Numbered from the stretch's first letter, positions 38,784 to 49,231 are shown. The stretch is 64,000 nucleotides of DNA from an uncultured Gammaproteobacteria bacterium (GCA_964537895.1 CAZIDK010000003.1:1171-65170), one strand, 5' to 3'. Numbers and translations: made by a program. Notes: generated by a model not told the origin, from the letters alone.

Positions 38784-40064
38784 TTACTTTCCTTTGGAAA
38801 AAACAATACGAAATCCCGCAATAACAAGAACGATTACGCCAATTCCCGTTAGTACTCCCTTAATTCCAATTAAATCGGCAAGGCTTCCAACCAAAATTAT
38901 TGGCAGAAGCGAAAATAAACCGACCAAAGTACTCAACGCTCCATAAACTTTACCTCTAAATTCATCCGAAGTTTCTTCCTGCAAAATTGTATTGGCCGGA
39001 ACAAAAACTAAAGCATTTGCAATTCCCATTACAAAAGCCAAGACAATCATAATATGAAAAGTATTTATTTTTAAAAAATAAGGAAGATATATGTTTATTG
39101 CCTGAACGATTTCCCTTGATTCAACCTTTGAACCATAAGGAAGTAAAAGAATGGATAAGCCCAATAAAACTAAACCTATTTTCGTAATCCTCTCTTTTGA
39201 AGCATTATGAAAAAAACTTCCTAATAAAATAGCTGCCAAAGCCATACCGATAATTGCAGGGGTTACAAAAAGAAACGGAAAATCTTCTACCCTTATTTTT
39301 AAAACGTGTTGTGCATAACCGGGGCCTATAACCGCCAAAACTAGAATAATTACCTGCGCCAGAGTCAAAAGAAAAAGTGCTCTATAAATTACCTTTGTTT
39401 TTGCCATTATTGAAATTGCAAGCTTTATTTCATTAGCAAGGCTTACGTTTTCAATAACATCTTTTGCCGATAGTCTCTTTTTTTCAGGTTCTTTTACTTT
39501 AATAAGAAAGGCGAAAAAAGCACCGATTAGGAAAAGGAAGGCAAAAACAAAAAAAACATTTGTTCTGCCAAAAATAAGAAGCACTGGTCCGGAAAGCGCA
39601 TAGGCAACAAATATTGAACCGTAAATACCGATACCAAAAAGCGCATTGGCGGATAAAAGCTGATCTTTTTTAACCAGGCGCGGAATTATCGGAGTTTCCG
39701 CAGGAATAAAAAACTGCGTAATAAAAGCTACAGCAAACGTAACTATATATATAACAAAAATGTTAGTGTGCAAAAATGCAAGCGGCAAAACAAAAAGAGC
39801 GCGGAGAACGTTTGTCGTAAATAGGACTTTCTTTTTGTTTTTTTTATCGACAATCACTCCTGCCATTATTCCGAATAGTAACGACGGGAGAATAAATGAG
39901 AGAACAACTCCTGAAACAGCCGCATTCGAGTTTGCCACTGTAAAAGCAACTATTACGAGAACAAAATTGAGCATGTTTATTGCCATTTGAGAAAAAATTT
40001 CCGATACCAAAAGGTAAAAAAATGGCCGCACCGCAAGAACTTGTAGGATTTTATTGTTCTTCAT
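38784..40064 (-). CDS. MFS transporter
   Basis: 426 aa, about 12 TM helices, with a D(K)KNKKK-like loop after TM2. Confidence 0.75.
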   Translation of the reverse strand: MKNNKILQVLAVRPFFYLLVSEIFSQMAINMLNFVLVIVAFTVANSNAAVSGVVLSFILPSLLFGIMAGVIVDKKNKKKVLFTTNVLRALFVLPLAFLHTNIFVIYIVTFAVAFITQFFIPAETPIIPRLVKKDQLLSANALFGIGIYGSIFVAYALSGPVLLIFGRTNVFFVFAFLFLIGAFFAFLIKVKEPEKKRLSAKDVIENVSLANEIKLAISIMAKTKVIYRALFLLTLAQVIILVLAVIGPGYAQHVLKIRVEDFPFLFVTPAIIGMALAAILLGSFFHNASKERITKIGLVLLGLSILLLPYGSKVESREIVQAINIYLPYFLKINTFHIMIVLAFVMGIANALVFVPANTILQEETSDEFRGKVYGALSTLVGLFSLLPIILVGSLADLIGIKGVLTGIGVIVLVIAGFRIVFSKGK

Positions 40065-40069
40065 AAATT

Positions 40070-40627
40070 CTAGGCTTTTTCGCTGTAGGCTCCGGTTCTC
40101 GTATCAACCCTGATTCTGTGTCCCGTGTTAACAAAAAGGGGCACCTTAATTTTTAAGCCATTTTCTAAAATTGCGTCTTTAAAAACATTTGTGGCAGAAT
40201 TTCCCTTAACTCCGAGGGCCGTTTCGGAAACTTCAAATTCCATTTTCGGAAGAAGAGTAAGCGAAAGCGGTTCGTCTCCTAAAAAGCTGATTGAAAAATT
40301 GTACCCTTCTTTCAAATAATCCTTTTCATAATTAATAAGTTTAAGCGGAACGTCTATTTGTTCAAAAGTCGAAGGATTCATAAAATACGCAGATTCTTCA
40401 TCTTTATATAAATACTGAAGATCTTTCTTAAAAACATTAACGTTATTTACTTTTGCTCCGTTTATAAAGCTTTTATCAATAGTTGTACCTGTTCTTAGGT
40501 TTTTAACTTTTACTTTAATATTGGCGCTTCCCCGCCCCATTTTAATATGCTCGTAAGACAGAACTCCTAAAAGATTTCCATTTTCCTCAAAAATTGTTCC
40601 TGCTCGAAGCTCTGTTACGGAAATCAT
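40070..40627 (-). CDS. efp: elongation factor P; ORF is open to 40735 but the real start is MISVTEL
   Basis: KMGRGSANIKVKVKNLRTGTTIDKSF is the KOW-like domain I. Stop overlaps pepA by 4 nt. Confidence 0.9.
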   Translation of the reverse strand: MISVTELRAGTIFEENGNLLGVLSYEHIKMGRGSANIKVKVKNLRTGTTIDKSFINGAKVNNVNVFKKDLQYLYKDEESAYFMNPSTFEQIDVPLKLINYEKDYLKEGYNFSISFLGDEPLSLTLLPKMEFEVSETALGVKGNSATNVFKDAILENGLKIKVPLFVNTGHRIRVDTRTGAYSEKA

Positions 40628-42144
40628 GATAATAAGTTTAGAACGGTTCTGACGCCGTGTCCGGTACCTCCTTTTGGTCCTAAATCGGTAGCCTTTGACG
40701 CAAAAGCAGGTCCTGCGATATCCATGTGCGCCCAAGGCTTTCCATCTACAAATTCTTGCAAGAAAAGCGCTGCCGTTATTGCACCCCCGTAGCGTGAGTT
40801 TGGAATATTGGCAATGTCTGCCACTTCACTTTTATTCATATCTTTGTATTCTTTTTCCAAAGGCAGTTCCCACATTTTTTCTCCGGCGGCAAAAGCGGCC
40901 TTTTTTATTCTTTCTGTTAAATCATGATTGTTTGAGAAAAAACCGGTAATATCGTTTCCCAAAGCTACATGGCAAGCACCTGTAAGCGTTGCGAAATCAA
41001 TGATTTTTGAAGCTCCTTCTTTAACGGCATAAGAAAGACTATCCGCCATTGTTACACGCCCTTCGGCATCGGTATCTAAGATTTCTATTGTTTTGCCGTT
41101 CATGGCACGAACTACATCCCCGGGAACGAGCGATGTACCCGATATCGAATTCGGCGTTGCGGCAATAAGACCCATAACCGGAAAATCAGGCTTAATTGCT
41201 GAAATTACCGAAAAGACTGCTAAAACAATTGCCGCCCCTGCCATATCCATTTTCATATCCTGCATACCGCTTCCCGTTTTAACATTGATTCCTCCACTGT
41301 CAAAAGTTATCCCTTTTCCTACAATTGCCAATTTTTCCTTGGCTTGCCCAGCGGAGCCTTGGCGAAGTTGGGGTTTGTATTCTAAATGAATAAATTTCGG
41401 AGGAGTAGCCGAAGCCCTGGCAATTCCCAAAAAAGCACCCATTCCGAGCTTTTGGGCTTTGGCTTTGTCATAAATTTTACAAGTAATGTTTTCATCTTTC
41501 TTGGCAAGGTTTAATGCCAATTCGGCAAGAAAAGTCGGTGTCGCAACGGAAGATTGTTCGTTAACTAAATCACGGGCTAAAATTGCTGCCTGGGCGTAAA
41601 GCTTTGCTTTTTCAATCCCCTCTTTTACGCCTTTAGCGTTTGCTTTTGAAATTATAACTGTTGATAATTTCCTCTCACCCTTTTCTTCTTTAGCCTGATA
41701 TTTATTAAACTCATAGCTTCCCAAAAGCAGCCCTTCCCCTATTAGCTGAATTATCATTGAAGCGGGAAAAGACATTTCATTTTCGGTTGGCAAAGATAAA
41801 GTTATTGAATCAACCTTCTTTTTCATTTTCATCGACAAAGAGCCCGTTGCCCTTCTTAAATCGTCTGCTGTAAACTCGTTTTTTCTACCAAGACCCAGAA
41901 CAATAATCCATGAGGCAAGAACGCCTGTTTGCGGAAAAATATTCAGTGTCTCGCCCCGTTTTGCGCCAAATTTTGAGGTTTGGGCAATTTTACTAAGGAC
42001 TCCCTTAAGTACTTTATCTAAGGTTGAAAAGTCAGCAAGAGGTTGATACTTTAGCGCTTTTCCTTTTTCGTTTTGAAAAGCAAACACTACGATTGCGTCG
42101 GCCGAAATTTTACTCAATGAATTATCCGAAAACTCAAATTCCAT
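40624..42144 (-). CDS. pepA: leucyl aminopeptidase (M17); the ORF extension to 42258 is spurious and would overlap the tRNA
   Basis: GKGITFDSGG and DTDAEGRV motifs. Real start MEFEFSD. Confidence 0.9.
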   Translation of the reverse strand: MEFEFSDNSLSKISADAIVVFAFQNEKGKALKYQPLADFSTLDKVLKGVLSKIAQTSKFGAKRGETLNIFPQTGVLASWIIVLGLGRKNEFTADDLRRATGSLSMKMKKKVDSITLSLPTENEMSFPASMIIQLIGEGLLLGSYEFNKYQAKEEKGERKLSTVIISKANAKGVKEGIEKAKLYAQAAILARDLVNEQSSVATPTFLAELALNLAKKDENITCKIYDKAKAQKLGMGAFLGIARASATPPKFIHLEYKPQLRQGSAGQAKEKLAIVGKGITFDSGGINVKTGSGMQDMKMDMAGAAIVLAVFSVISAIKPDFPVMGLIAATPNSISGTSLVPGDVVRAMNGKTIEILDTDAEGRVTMADSLSYAVKEGASKIIDFATLTGACHVALGNDITGFFSNNHDLTERIKKAAFAAGEKMWELPLEKEYKDMNKSEVADIANIPNSRYGGAITAALFLQEFVDGKPWAHMDIAGPAFASKATDLGPKGGTGHGVRTVLNLLS

Positions 42145-42206
42145 AGTGCATATTGTAACATTTGCACTTCGAAAAATAAAGCCTTTCTGGTATAATATGT
42201 GCGTTA

Positions 42207-42289
42207 GGGCAAGTGGCGGAATGGTATACGCGGTAGTCTCAAAAACTACTGGTCGCAAGGCCGTGAGGGTTCGACTCCCTCTTTGCCCA
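42207..42289 (+). tRNA. tRNA-Leu (anticodon CAA), class II with long variable arm
   Basis: Acceptor GGGCAAG/UUUGCCC + A73. Three-bp D stem. Anticodon stem GUAGU/ACUAC with loop CUCAAAA. Variable arm UGGUCGCAAGGCCGU. T arm GAGGG-UUCGACU-CCCUC. A TATAAT lies at 42191-42196. Confidence 0.88.
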
Positions 42290-42304
42290 CTAGGGTTCGC
42301 CGGG

Positions 42305-43237
42305 TCAAGATATCTTTGAAGTGTTAGGCTGAACTAATTTATCTTCCGATCGGCTACGTAAAGCGCTTGGATCAATTCTTTTTATCAACTTTGTTAAAAC
42401 GTCTCCGGCTCCAACCTCTATATATTCTCCTACACCGTCCTTTTGCATAAGTCTTACTGAATCTAGCCATAGAACCCTTCCTGTTAATTGATCTACTAAG
42501 CCTCGTCTAATTTGCTCTCCTGTAGACGCATAATTTCCGGTTATATTTTGAATAAAAGGTACTTTTGGATCGGCAATAGGTTCTTGTTGAAGCAACAATT
42601 CCATATTTTGTCTCGCGGGCTCCATCAAAGAACAATGCGATGCGATACTTACTCGTAAGCGTTTTACTTTTCTGTCTCCAAGTCTATCTACAACGTATGT
42701 AACCGAATCATTGCTTCCGGATATAACTATCTGCGTGTAGCTATTTATATTTGCGATTTCCGCTCCCGATTCTTCACATATTTTCTCAACCTCAGAAAGT
42801 TCTAGTCCTAAAACTGCTGCCATTCCTCCTGGATTTATTCGTCCGGCGGATTCCATAAACTTACCCCTCGCGTTTACCAAACTTACTGCCTGCGCGAAGC
42901 TTAAAGCTTCTGCAGCAACAAGCGCAGAGAATTCTCCTAAGCTATGTCCAGCAACTACATCTGGTTTTAAATCGTAATAACCAAGTGCTCTCAAGGCAGC
43001 AATACTTGTTACTAGGATTGCCGGTTGGGTAATTTCTGGCCTGTCTAATTCTTCATCTGGACCATTCAAGCACAATGAGCTTAGATTTGTTTGTAAAATA
43101 TCATCGGCTTCTTCATAAAGTCTGCAGGTCAAAGTAGATATATCCGGGTTTCTAAATAAAAACTCTGACATTCCTGTGCGTTGTGTCCCTTGTCCTGGAA
43201 AAACAAATGCTTTGCGATATTCTTTTTCTGCGTACAT
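42305..43237 (-). CDS. fabD: ACP S-malonyltransferase
   Basis: GHSLGEFSALVAAEALSF active-site Ser motif and GQGTQ near the N-terminus. Confidence 0.88.
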   Translation of the reverse strand: MYAEKEYRKAFVFPGQGTQRTGMSEFLFRNPDISTLTCRLYEEADDILQTNLSSLCLNGPDEELDRPEITQPAILVTSIAALRALGYYDLKPDVVAGHSLGEFSALVAAEALSFAQAVSLVNARGKFMESAGRINPGGMAAVLGLELSEVEKICEESGAEIANINSYTQIVISGSNDSVTYVVDRLGDRKVKRLRVSIASHCSLMEPARQNMELLLQQEPIADPKVPFIQNITGNYASTGEQIRRGLVDQLTGRVLWLDSVRLMQKDGVGEYIEVGAGDVLTKLIKRIDPSALRSRSEDKLVQPNTSKIS

Positions 43238-43345
43238 GAGGGGATTATAGCAAAAACATTTTTATTAAACTCCTTTTTCCCAAAATTAAACCAACCCCGA
43301 ACAATGTCGAAGGGTTGGTTAAATTTAAATCTTCAAAGTTGACTA

Positions 43346-43594
43346 TTAAGCCACACCTTGAGTACCACCCTGATTATCTCCTCCTGCGGGAGGGGTTGCT
43401 GGCGGGACAGGTTCCTGGCTTGGAACTACGGTTGGCTCCTGCATTGGAGGCACAACCGGCGTAACCGGAGCTTGCGGCTCGGGCGCAGCAGGAACTACCG
43501 GTTCAGCTGGCGGAGTATAAACTCCGGGCTGTACAGGTTCCGGTACTGGATTTGACTGTGGTACTCCTGGTACTTGGTTTTGCGTATCATCCAT
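43346..43594 (-). CDS. small Pro-rich, GC-rich hypothetical protein
   Basis: 82 aa, about 30% Pro. Preceded by a hairpin-rich leader and an AAGGGGGG ribosome-binding site. Confidence 0.35.
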   Translation of the reverse strand: MDDTQNQVPGVPQSNPVPEPVQPGVYTPPAEPVVPAAPEPQAPVTPVVPPMQEPTVVPSQEPVPPATPPAGGDNQGGTQGVA

Positions 43595-43764
43595 TAATTA
43601 TTCACCCCCCTTCGCCACGTCTGACGTGGCTTCGCCCCGCAAAGTTCTGCATTACAGAACGACGTGGGGTTCCCTTTATATAATATTCGTGAATTGAAAA
43701 TCATAGCTTTATTGCACAAACCATTGCTTCGGGAGAACAAGTCCCCCCTGTCCGACTTAAAACG

Positions 43765-43868
43765 CTCCGTGAGCCGTATTCGAATAAAATTGACCTGCCC
43801 GCATTGCTATGCAAAGCATTGCAGGCGGGAAAGGCGAACGGTAAGTTTAGTCGGATTCCCGTTTTTTG
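43765..43868. repeat. composite element: the CCGTATTCGAATA..AAAGGCGAACGGTAAG..T-run element with a nested CCTGCCCGCATTGCTATGCAAAGCATTGCAGGCGGG element inserted inside
   Basis: Outer part aligns with 36915-36980. Inner 36 nt (43794-43829) is the reverse complement of 6502-6537. Confidence 0.6.
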
Positions 43869-45169
43869 TCTACGTTATAAAATCTTATCCTATCTCCTCT
43901 AAAAAGTAAATCTATTTCCCCAAGCGGACCGTTTCTGTGTTTGGCGATTAACAGTTTTGTTTGCATAATGTTGGACAATTCAGCGTCGGGACGGTATAAA
44001 AACATAACGACATCGGCATCCTGCTCTATGGCACCCGACTCTCTTAAGTCCGCAAGCTGAGGTTTTTTCTCTCCCCTATGCTCCACAGCGCGGGACAGCT
44101 GAGAAACCGCAAGCACGGGGATTTTTAATTCTCTTGCCAAATTCTTAAGCCCTTGGGAAACAATGGAAACTTCCTGAACTCTGTTGTCATAGCGTCTTCC
44201 GGGATCGGCAAGCTGTAAGTAATCAACAATCAGAAGCTCTATTTTCTGCTCCAGCTGAAGCCTTCTTGCTTTTGTACGCATCTCAGAAATAGTTATTCCT
44301 GGAGTATCGTCTATAAAAAGCGGCGCATCTGCCAATTCTCCCATCGCTGTAGATAGCTTGGCAAAATCACTCTCTGCCAGTCTTCCTGTTTTTAGTTTCC
44401 AAGCGTCAACATCGGCTTGCCCTATTAAAAACCTGTCTACCAGTTCTTCCTGGCTCATTTCCAAGGAAAATATTCCAACGGGTTTTTTTTGATTAACCGC
44501 TACGTTTTGAGAAATATTTACAACCATCGCGGTTTTTCCCTGTCCGGGACGCGCCGCTAAAATTAAAAGGTTGGAAGCCTGCATTCCGGATAAAACATTA
44601 TCAAGATCGACAAAGCCTGTTTGTACCCCTCTAAAACCCGACCCCTTTTTATGAAGCTCGTCAATTCTATCAAAGCTTTCGGCCAGACCCTCTTTTATGG
44701 GTACGAAGCCTTTTATATTATGGCCTTGGGAAACGGCAAAAATCGAAGACTCCGCTTTGTCAAGAAGCTCAACAGACTCCTTTTCCTCCTGATATCCCAT
44801 TTCCGCAATTTGTGTTCCGATATGAATAAGCGCTCTTTTTGTCGAAGCTTCCTTAATCATTTCCGCATAATGCTCGACGTTTGCGGCCGTTGGAACCTCG
44901 TCAATCAAATCGGTAAGATAAGACGGTTCAATTTTATCGCTTAATTTATTTTTCTTAAGTCTGGTTGTTAAAGTTAATAAATCTATCGGTTTTCTTTCGT
45001 CGTACAAAGAAAGCATTGCTTTATAAATAATTCCGTTAATGTCGTTGTAGAAATCTTTTGGGGAAATAGTTTCCGAAACCAGGTTAATTGCATCCTTATC
45101 GATGAGGATTGCGCCTAAAACTGACCTTTCGGCTTTTTCGTTATTTGGGGGAACTTTTACGTTAACCAT
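43847..45169 (-). CDS. dnaB: replicative DNA helicase DnaB
   Basis: N-terminal DnaB domain, Walker A AARPGQGKTAMVVN, RecA-like motifs. Confidence 0.93.
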   Translation of the reverse strand: MVNVKVPPNNEKAERSVLGAILIDKDAINLVSETISPKDFYNDINGIIYKAMLSLYDERKPIDLLTLTTRLKKNKLSDKIEPSYLTDLIDEVPTAANVEHYAEMIKEASTKRALIHIGTQIAEMGYQEEKESVELLDKAESSIFAVSQGHNIKGFVPIKEGLAESFDRIDELHKKGSGFRGVQTGFVDLDNVLSGMQASNLLILAARPGQGKTAMVVNISQNVAVNQKKPVGIFSLEMSQEELVDRFLIGQADVDAWKLKTGRLAESDFAKLSTAMGELADAPLFIDDTPGITISEMRTKARRLQLEQKIELLIVDYLQLADPGRRYDNRVQEVSIVSQGLKNLARELKIPVLAVSQLSRAVEHRGEKKPQLADLRESGAIEQDADVVMFLYRPDAELSNIMQTKLLIAKHRNGPLGEIDLLFRGDRIRFYNVDKKRESD

Positions 45170-45283
45170 AACACTCCTTTTACTCGTAAATCCGAAATTC
45201 GAATATCGAAATCCGAAACTTTTTGAATTTTTGTCATTTGAATTTGTTTCGAAATTGGTGCTTCGTGCTTCGAGCTTATTGTT

Positions 45284-45805
45284 TTACTTAAGTAAAACAA
45301 CTTGCATTTCTTCCGGTAACTTACCTTCAAAAGCGCTAAATTTTTGTAAAACCTGAGCGTCTTCTTTACCCAAAGCTTTAGCCGCGTCGTTTGCTTTTTC
45401 CCCGTAAAGGATGACAACCCTTGGCTCCAGAGCTGTAACGACTGTCTGATTTATTTCCGAATCAACGTTAAAAATCACTATCTGATATTCCTTAAGTTTT
45501 TCGGAAACCTTTGTAATCGAACTTGTTTTTGCCAAAAGAACATCAATATTATCAACTGTTAAGCCGTAAACCGTTGAGCCTTCCATATCTATGGCGGACA
45601 CCTTAATCCCTCCGACTTCATACTCGCCCGCTGATTTAATAATAACTCTATAATCCGTAACTTTTGACAAATCAACACTACCCTTGGAAAGAATAAGAAC
45701 TGCGTCAGTTGGAGTTTTTGACAATTTTTCAAAAGGATCCACAACCAAATTCGTATGCTTACTTTTAATTCTTAAAGAGGTTTTATCAAGCAGTGCTACT
45801 TCCAT
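45284..45805 (-). CDS. hypothetical protein (possibly a degenerate MBL-fold-like protein)
   Basis: 173-aa ORF upstream of dnaB. No catalytic His motifs. Confidence 0.35.
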   Translation of the reverse strand: MEVALLDKTSLRIKSKHTNLVVDPFEKLSKTPTDAVLILSKGSVDLSKVTDYRVIIKSAGEYEVGGIKVSAIDMEGSTVYGLTVDNIDVLLAKTSSITKVSEKLKEYQIVIFNVDSEINQTVVTALEPRVVILYGEKANDAAKALGKEDAQVLQKFSAFEGKLPEEMQVVLLK

Positions 45806-45868
45806 TGCGTCATAGTATCACATCTTTTTTACCTTGACAAGATAATTATTTTTTCGTATCATGCCTCA

Positions 45869-46294
45869 ATGAAACAAGAAAGAGTGATACTCTCTTTTAT
45901 TATGGTTGTAATCGGTCTTCTGGTAGCCGGTGTCGCATTCTATGTTTACCAGGGAACAAAAACAATCCCCGGTTCAAAAACAACAGTTTCGGTTGCAACT
46001 CCAACACCTACTCCAATAGGCGCTTCCGTTTATCTAAGCCTTAACAGTCCTGTAAACGAAAGCGTTGTGGACAATAAAACCGTTACTGTTTCCGGAAAAA
46101 CAACACCCGACGCAACAATTGTGATTATTACAAATTCCGACCAGAAAGTGGTACAGCCCTCCGGACAGGGTGATTTCTCAACCACTGTAATAATTACAAG
46201 TGGAACAAATTTGATTCGGGTAACCGCTTTTGGCTCTGACGGTCAATCTGAAACCATGCAAAGAACAATTACCTACTCTACCGAAGATTTTTAA
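45869..46294 (+). CDS. membrane-anchored protein with a beta-rich (Ig-like) extracytoplasmic domain
   Basis: N-terminal TM helix, then a Thr/Val-rich beta pattern. Confidence 0.4.
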   Translation: MKQERVILSFIMVVIGLLVAGVAFYVYQGTKTIPGSKTTVSVATPTPTPIGASVYLSLNSPVNESVVDNKTVTVSGKTTPDATIVIITNSDQKVVQPSGQGDFSTTVIITSGTNLIRVTAFGSDGQSETMQRTITYSTEDF

Positions 46295-46297
46295 ATT

Positions 46298-47074
46298 ATG
46301 AAAAAAAGTTTTTTTACTATTGCTTTGTTTTTAATTTTAACAGCCGGCGTTTTAAAAAATGTTTATGCCGCAACGCCTACTCCCGTAACAACTCCGAGCC
46401 AAGGAGACATTCGGCAAATTGATGATTTGAAAAACCGTATTGCCTCAAGGGTTGCCCAGCTTAAACTCGTTGAAAAAAAGGGGATAATCGGAACGGTAAC
46501 GGACGCTGCTAACCTGCAGATTACCTTAACCGACGTTGGCGGAGACACAAGGTTTGTCGACGTGGATGAATTTACAAAATTTTCAAATCCTAATGCTACG
46601 GGCACATCTTTTGGCATATCGGACATAAACAAAGGCATGAAGCTGGGTGTTTTGGGACTCTATAATAAACAATCCCGAAGAATTTTGGCAAGACAAGTCG
46701 ATGTTCTAACTTTGCCTAAAATCTTAACAGGTGCAGTTTCTTCCATAGACGGCAAAAAATTTAGCTTTTACATCGTGTCCGAAGATAACAAGCAAACCCT
46801 TGTTGACGTTGAAACGGTAACAAAAACCTACTCTTACACTGCGGGAGAAACGCTCGTAAGCGCAGGATTTTCAAAAATAAAAGTTGACGAAAGTGTTATC
46901 GTAATCGGTTTTCCCGATAAACAAAACCCCGAGAATATAATCGCCTCACGAATTCTTTTGTTCCCAGATGTTCCGAAAAGTCCTAAAATAATTTATGTTC
47001 CCGCATTAAACCAGGGAACATCCATTGTTCCTTCGACCGGCTCGGGCAGAAAACTTACTCCGATAATAAGATAA
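46298..47074 (+). CDS. secreted hypothetical protein
   Basis: Signal peptide ending VYA|ATP. Begins 4 nt after the previous stop. Confidence 0.45.
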   Translation: MKKSFFTIALFLILTAGVLKNVYAATPTPVTTPSQGDIRQIDDLKNRIASRVAQLKLVEKKGIIGTVTDAANLQITLTDVGGDTRFVDVDEFTKFSNPNATGTSFGISDINKGMKLGVLGLYNKQSRRILARQVDVLTLPKILTGAVSSIDGKKFSFYIVSEDNKQTLVDVETVTKTYSYTAGETLVSAGFSKIKVDESVIVIGFPDKQNPENIIASRILLFPDVPKSPKIIYVPALNQGTSIVPSTGSGRKLTPIIR

Positions 47075-47079
47075 GCTAC

Positions 47080-48198
47080 ATGGCAAACGACCGATTAGAA
47101 AAATTAAAAAAAGAGATCCAAAAAATGGGCCTTGATGGTATTTTGGTTTCTGATCCGGCAAATATTTTCTATCTTTCAGGCATCACATTTTTTGAGCCGA
47201 CAGAACGTGAAGGATTTCTACTTATCACTACTAACAAAAATTATGTTATTACCAGCAGTCTTTACACTGAGGCAGTGCAAAAATATCTTAGGGGGTTTAC
47301 TCTTTTAGAGACAACGATCAAAAAATCGCTTGAAAAAAATCTAAGGGGGATTTTTAAAATAACCCCATTGAAAAAGATTGGGTTTGAGGAAGCAAGTTTG
47401 ACAGTTTCTGAATACAATATTTTTAAAAAAACCTTTAAACTTTCTCCTGCGGGTGGTCTCGTAGAAAAACTAAGAGCTATAAAAAACCAAGGTGAAATCG
47501 AAAAAATTAAAAAAGCCTGTCGGGTAACAGACGAAGCGTTCGATTATATTCTTTCGGAAATAAAAGAGGGGGGAACCGAAAGGGAGATTTCTGATAAGCT
47601 TGAGAGATTTTTTAGAAATAAGGACATGTCGTCCTCTTTTAGTCCCGTTATAGCCTTCGGACCCAACTCTTCCCGCCCACATCATATAAGTGGGAACACT
47701 AAGCTTAGTAGGAATCAAATAATCCTTATGGATTTCGGCGTAAGGAACGGGGGGTACTGCTCAGATTTTACAAGAACAGTTTTTTTCGGCTCCCCCACAG
47801 CGAAATTCAAAAAAATTTACCAAACTGTTCTTGATGCTCAAAACAAAGCAATTGAATTTATCAATAGTCAATTGTCAACCCCGATTCAATCGGGGTCAAT
47901 GGTAAATAATCAATTATTTGCGCATGAAGTCGATAAAATAGCAAGAAACCATATTATTGAGAGAGGCTTTCCATCCATCCCTTACAGCCTGGGACACGGA
48001 ATTGGAATAGATGTTCACGAATCTCCAAGCCTATCTCCAAAATCAAAAAGCGGATTAAAAAACGGTATGGTATTTTCAATAGAACCCGGAATTTATCTAA
48101 ACGGTTGGGGCGGAGTTAGAATTGAGGATCTTTTCCTACTGGAAGAAAACTCTTTGAAAAAAATTACCTATTCCGCTTCCGAGATTATTAGTCTATAA
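47080..48198 (+). CDS. pepP: M24-family Xaa-Pro aminopeptidase/dipeptidase
   Basis: Creatinase-like N-domain and pita-bread domain with GHGIGIDVHESP and metal ligands. Confidence 0.8.
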   Translation: MANDRLEKLKKEIQKMGLDGILVSDPANIFYLSGITFFEPTEREGFLLITTNKNYVITSSLYTEAVQKYLRGFTLLETTIKKSLEKNLRGIFKITPLKKIGFEEASLTVSEYNIFKKTFKLSPAGGLVEKLRAIKNQGEIEKIKKACRVTDEAFDYILSEIKEGGTEREISDKLERFFRNKDMSSSFSPVIAFGPNSSRPHHISGNTKLSRNQIILMDFGVRNGGYCSDFTRTVFFGSPTAKFKKIYQTVLDAQNKAIEFINSQLSTPIQSGSMVNNQLFAHEVDKIARNHIIERGFPSIPYSLGHGIGIDVHESPSLSPKSKSGLKNGMVFSIEPGIYLNGWGGVRIEDLFLLEENSLKKITYSASEIISL

Positions 48199-48205
48199 TA
48201 AAGTT

Positions 48206-49228
48206 ATGCTGGACGACTTAAAAAAAGAGCTTACCTCTTTTAGGCTGCTGGCAATTCTTTTAACCATTGCCGTTTCTCTTTATCTTTTTCAGATTGCCTG
48301 GCAGGTATTGGGCAATTTTTCCGATGTAATCGTAATTATTGTCTGCGCTTGGCTTTTAAGTTTTATTCTGGAACCCGCGGCTTTTAAAATTTCAAAAATT
48401 GCAAAACTTTCAATGGTTTGGTCGGCTTTGATAGTTTACGTTATTATTGCCGCTATATTTACGGTTGCAACTATTATATTTATACCTACTGTTATCGCAC
48501 AGCTTCAGACTTTATCTGCAGTCGCTCCAGTATATCTGTCGTATGCTCCAAAAGCTGTTCAAAGCTGGAATTATAACTTTGCATCTGCTTTTGATAACTT
48601 TATAAATTATATTCCCTCCGTTGCTCAATCTCTTGTTTCGATATTAATGATCTTAATTCTTTCTTTTTATTTTATTGTTGATAAAGCAAGAATTAACGCT
48701 GAAATTTACAACCTGGCTCCGAAAAAATGGCACGAAAATTTAAAGTTTATACAAAAAGTAATCGATGATACTTTTGCATCGTTTTTAAGAGTCCAGGTGC
48801 TATTTGGACTTTTGGCAGGTATATCAACATGGATAGTATTAACTGTTTTCGGAGTTAATTTTGCCGCCTCAACATCCTTAATTGCCGGATTATTAAATAT
48901 AGTTCCTCTTATAGGACCGCTTTTAGGCATAATTCCGGCCGTATTAGTAGTTTTGGTTTCCGATCCAACCAACCCGACAAAGGCTCTTCTTGTTTTTGTA
49001 ATCTTACTTCTTATCCAGCAAATCACCTTTAATGTTATCGGACCAAAGCTTATGGGAAAAGCCTTTAAACTTCATCCTATTATTATTCTTCTTTCGTTTG
49101 TTGTTGGAGCAAAAATTGCCGGACCTTTGGGCGCCGTATTTGCAATTCCTGTTCTTGGAATTATAGGAATAATCTTCAGAGAGCTTGGCCACTACTTCAT
49201 TAATCCCACAAAGCCTTCGGAAAAATAA
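48206..49228 (+). CDS. AI-2E family transporter (UPF0118/PerM-like)
   Basis: 340 aa, 7-8 TM helices, conserved C-terminal region. Confidence 0.7.
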   Translation: MLDDLKKELTSFRLLAILLTIAVSLYLFQIAWQVLGNFSDVIVIIVCAWLLSFILEPAAFKISKIAKLSMVWSALIVYVIIAAIFTVATIIFIPTVIAQLQTLSAVAPVYLSYAPKAVQSWNYNFASAFDNFINYIPSVAQSLVSILMILILSFYFIVDKARINAEIYNLAPKKWHENLKFIQKVIDDTFASFLRVQVLFGLLAGISTWIVLTVFGVNFAASTSLIAGLLNIVPLIGPLLGIIPAVLVVLVSDPTNPTKALLVFVILLLIQQITFNVIGPKLMGKAFKLHPIIILLSFVVGAKIAGPLGAVFAIPVLGIIGIIFRELGHYFINPTKPSEK

Positions 49229-49231
49229 ATT

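Noticed and set aside
40628-40735. N-terminal extension of efp (MGAHGYRRTCFCVKGYRFRTKRRYRTRRQNRSKLII)
   Set aside because: The extension is Arg-rich junk overlapping the pepA 3-prime end. EF-P alignments start at MISVTELR, and the ATG at 40627 forms a typical 4-nt overlap with the pepA stop.
42145-42258. N-terminal extension of pepA overlapping tRNA-Leu
   Set aside because: It would overlap a well-formed tRNA on the opposite strand. M17 aminopeptidase homology begins at MEFEFSD.
45284-45805. Assignment of the ORF upstream of dnaB as ribosomal protein L9 (expected from rpsF-ssb-rpsR-rplI-dnaB synteny)
   Set aside because: The sequence lacks the L9 N-terminal MKVILL..VKGLGKKGD signature and is longer and differently composed. 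Left as hypothetical.
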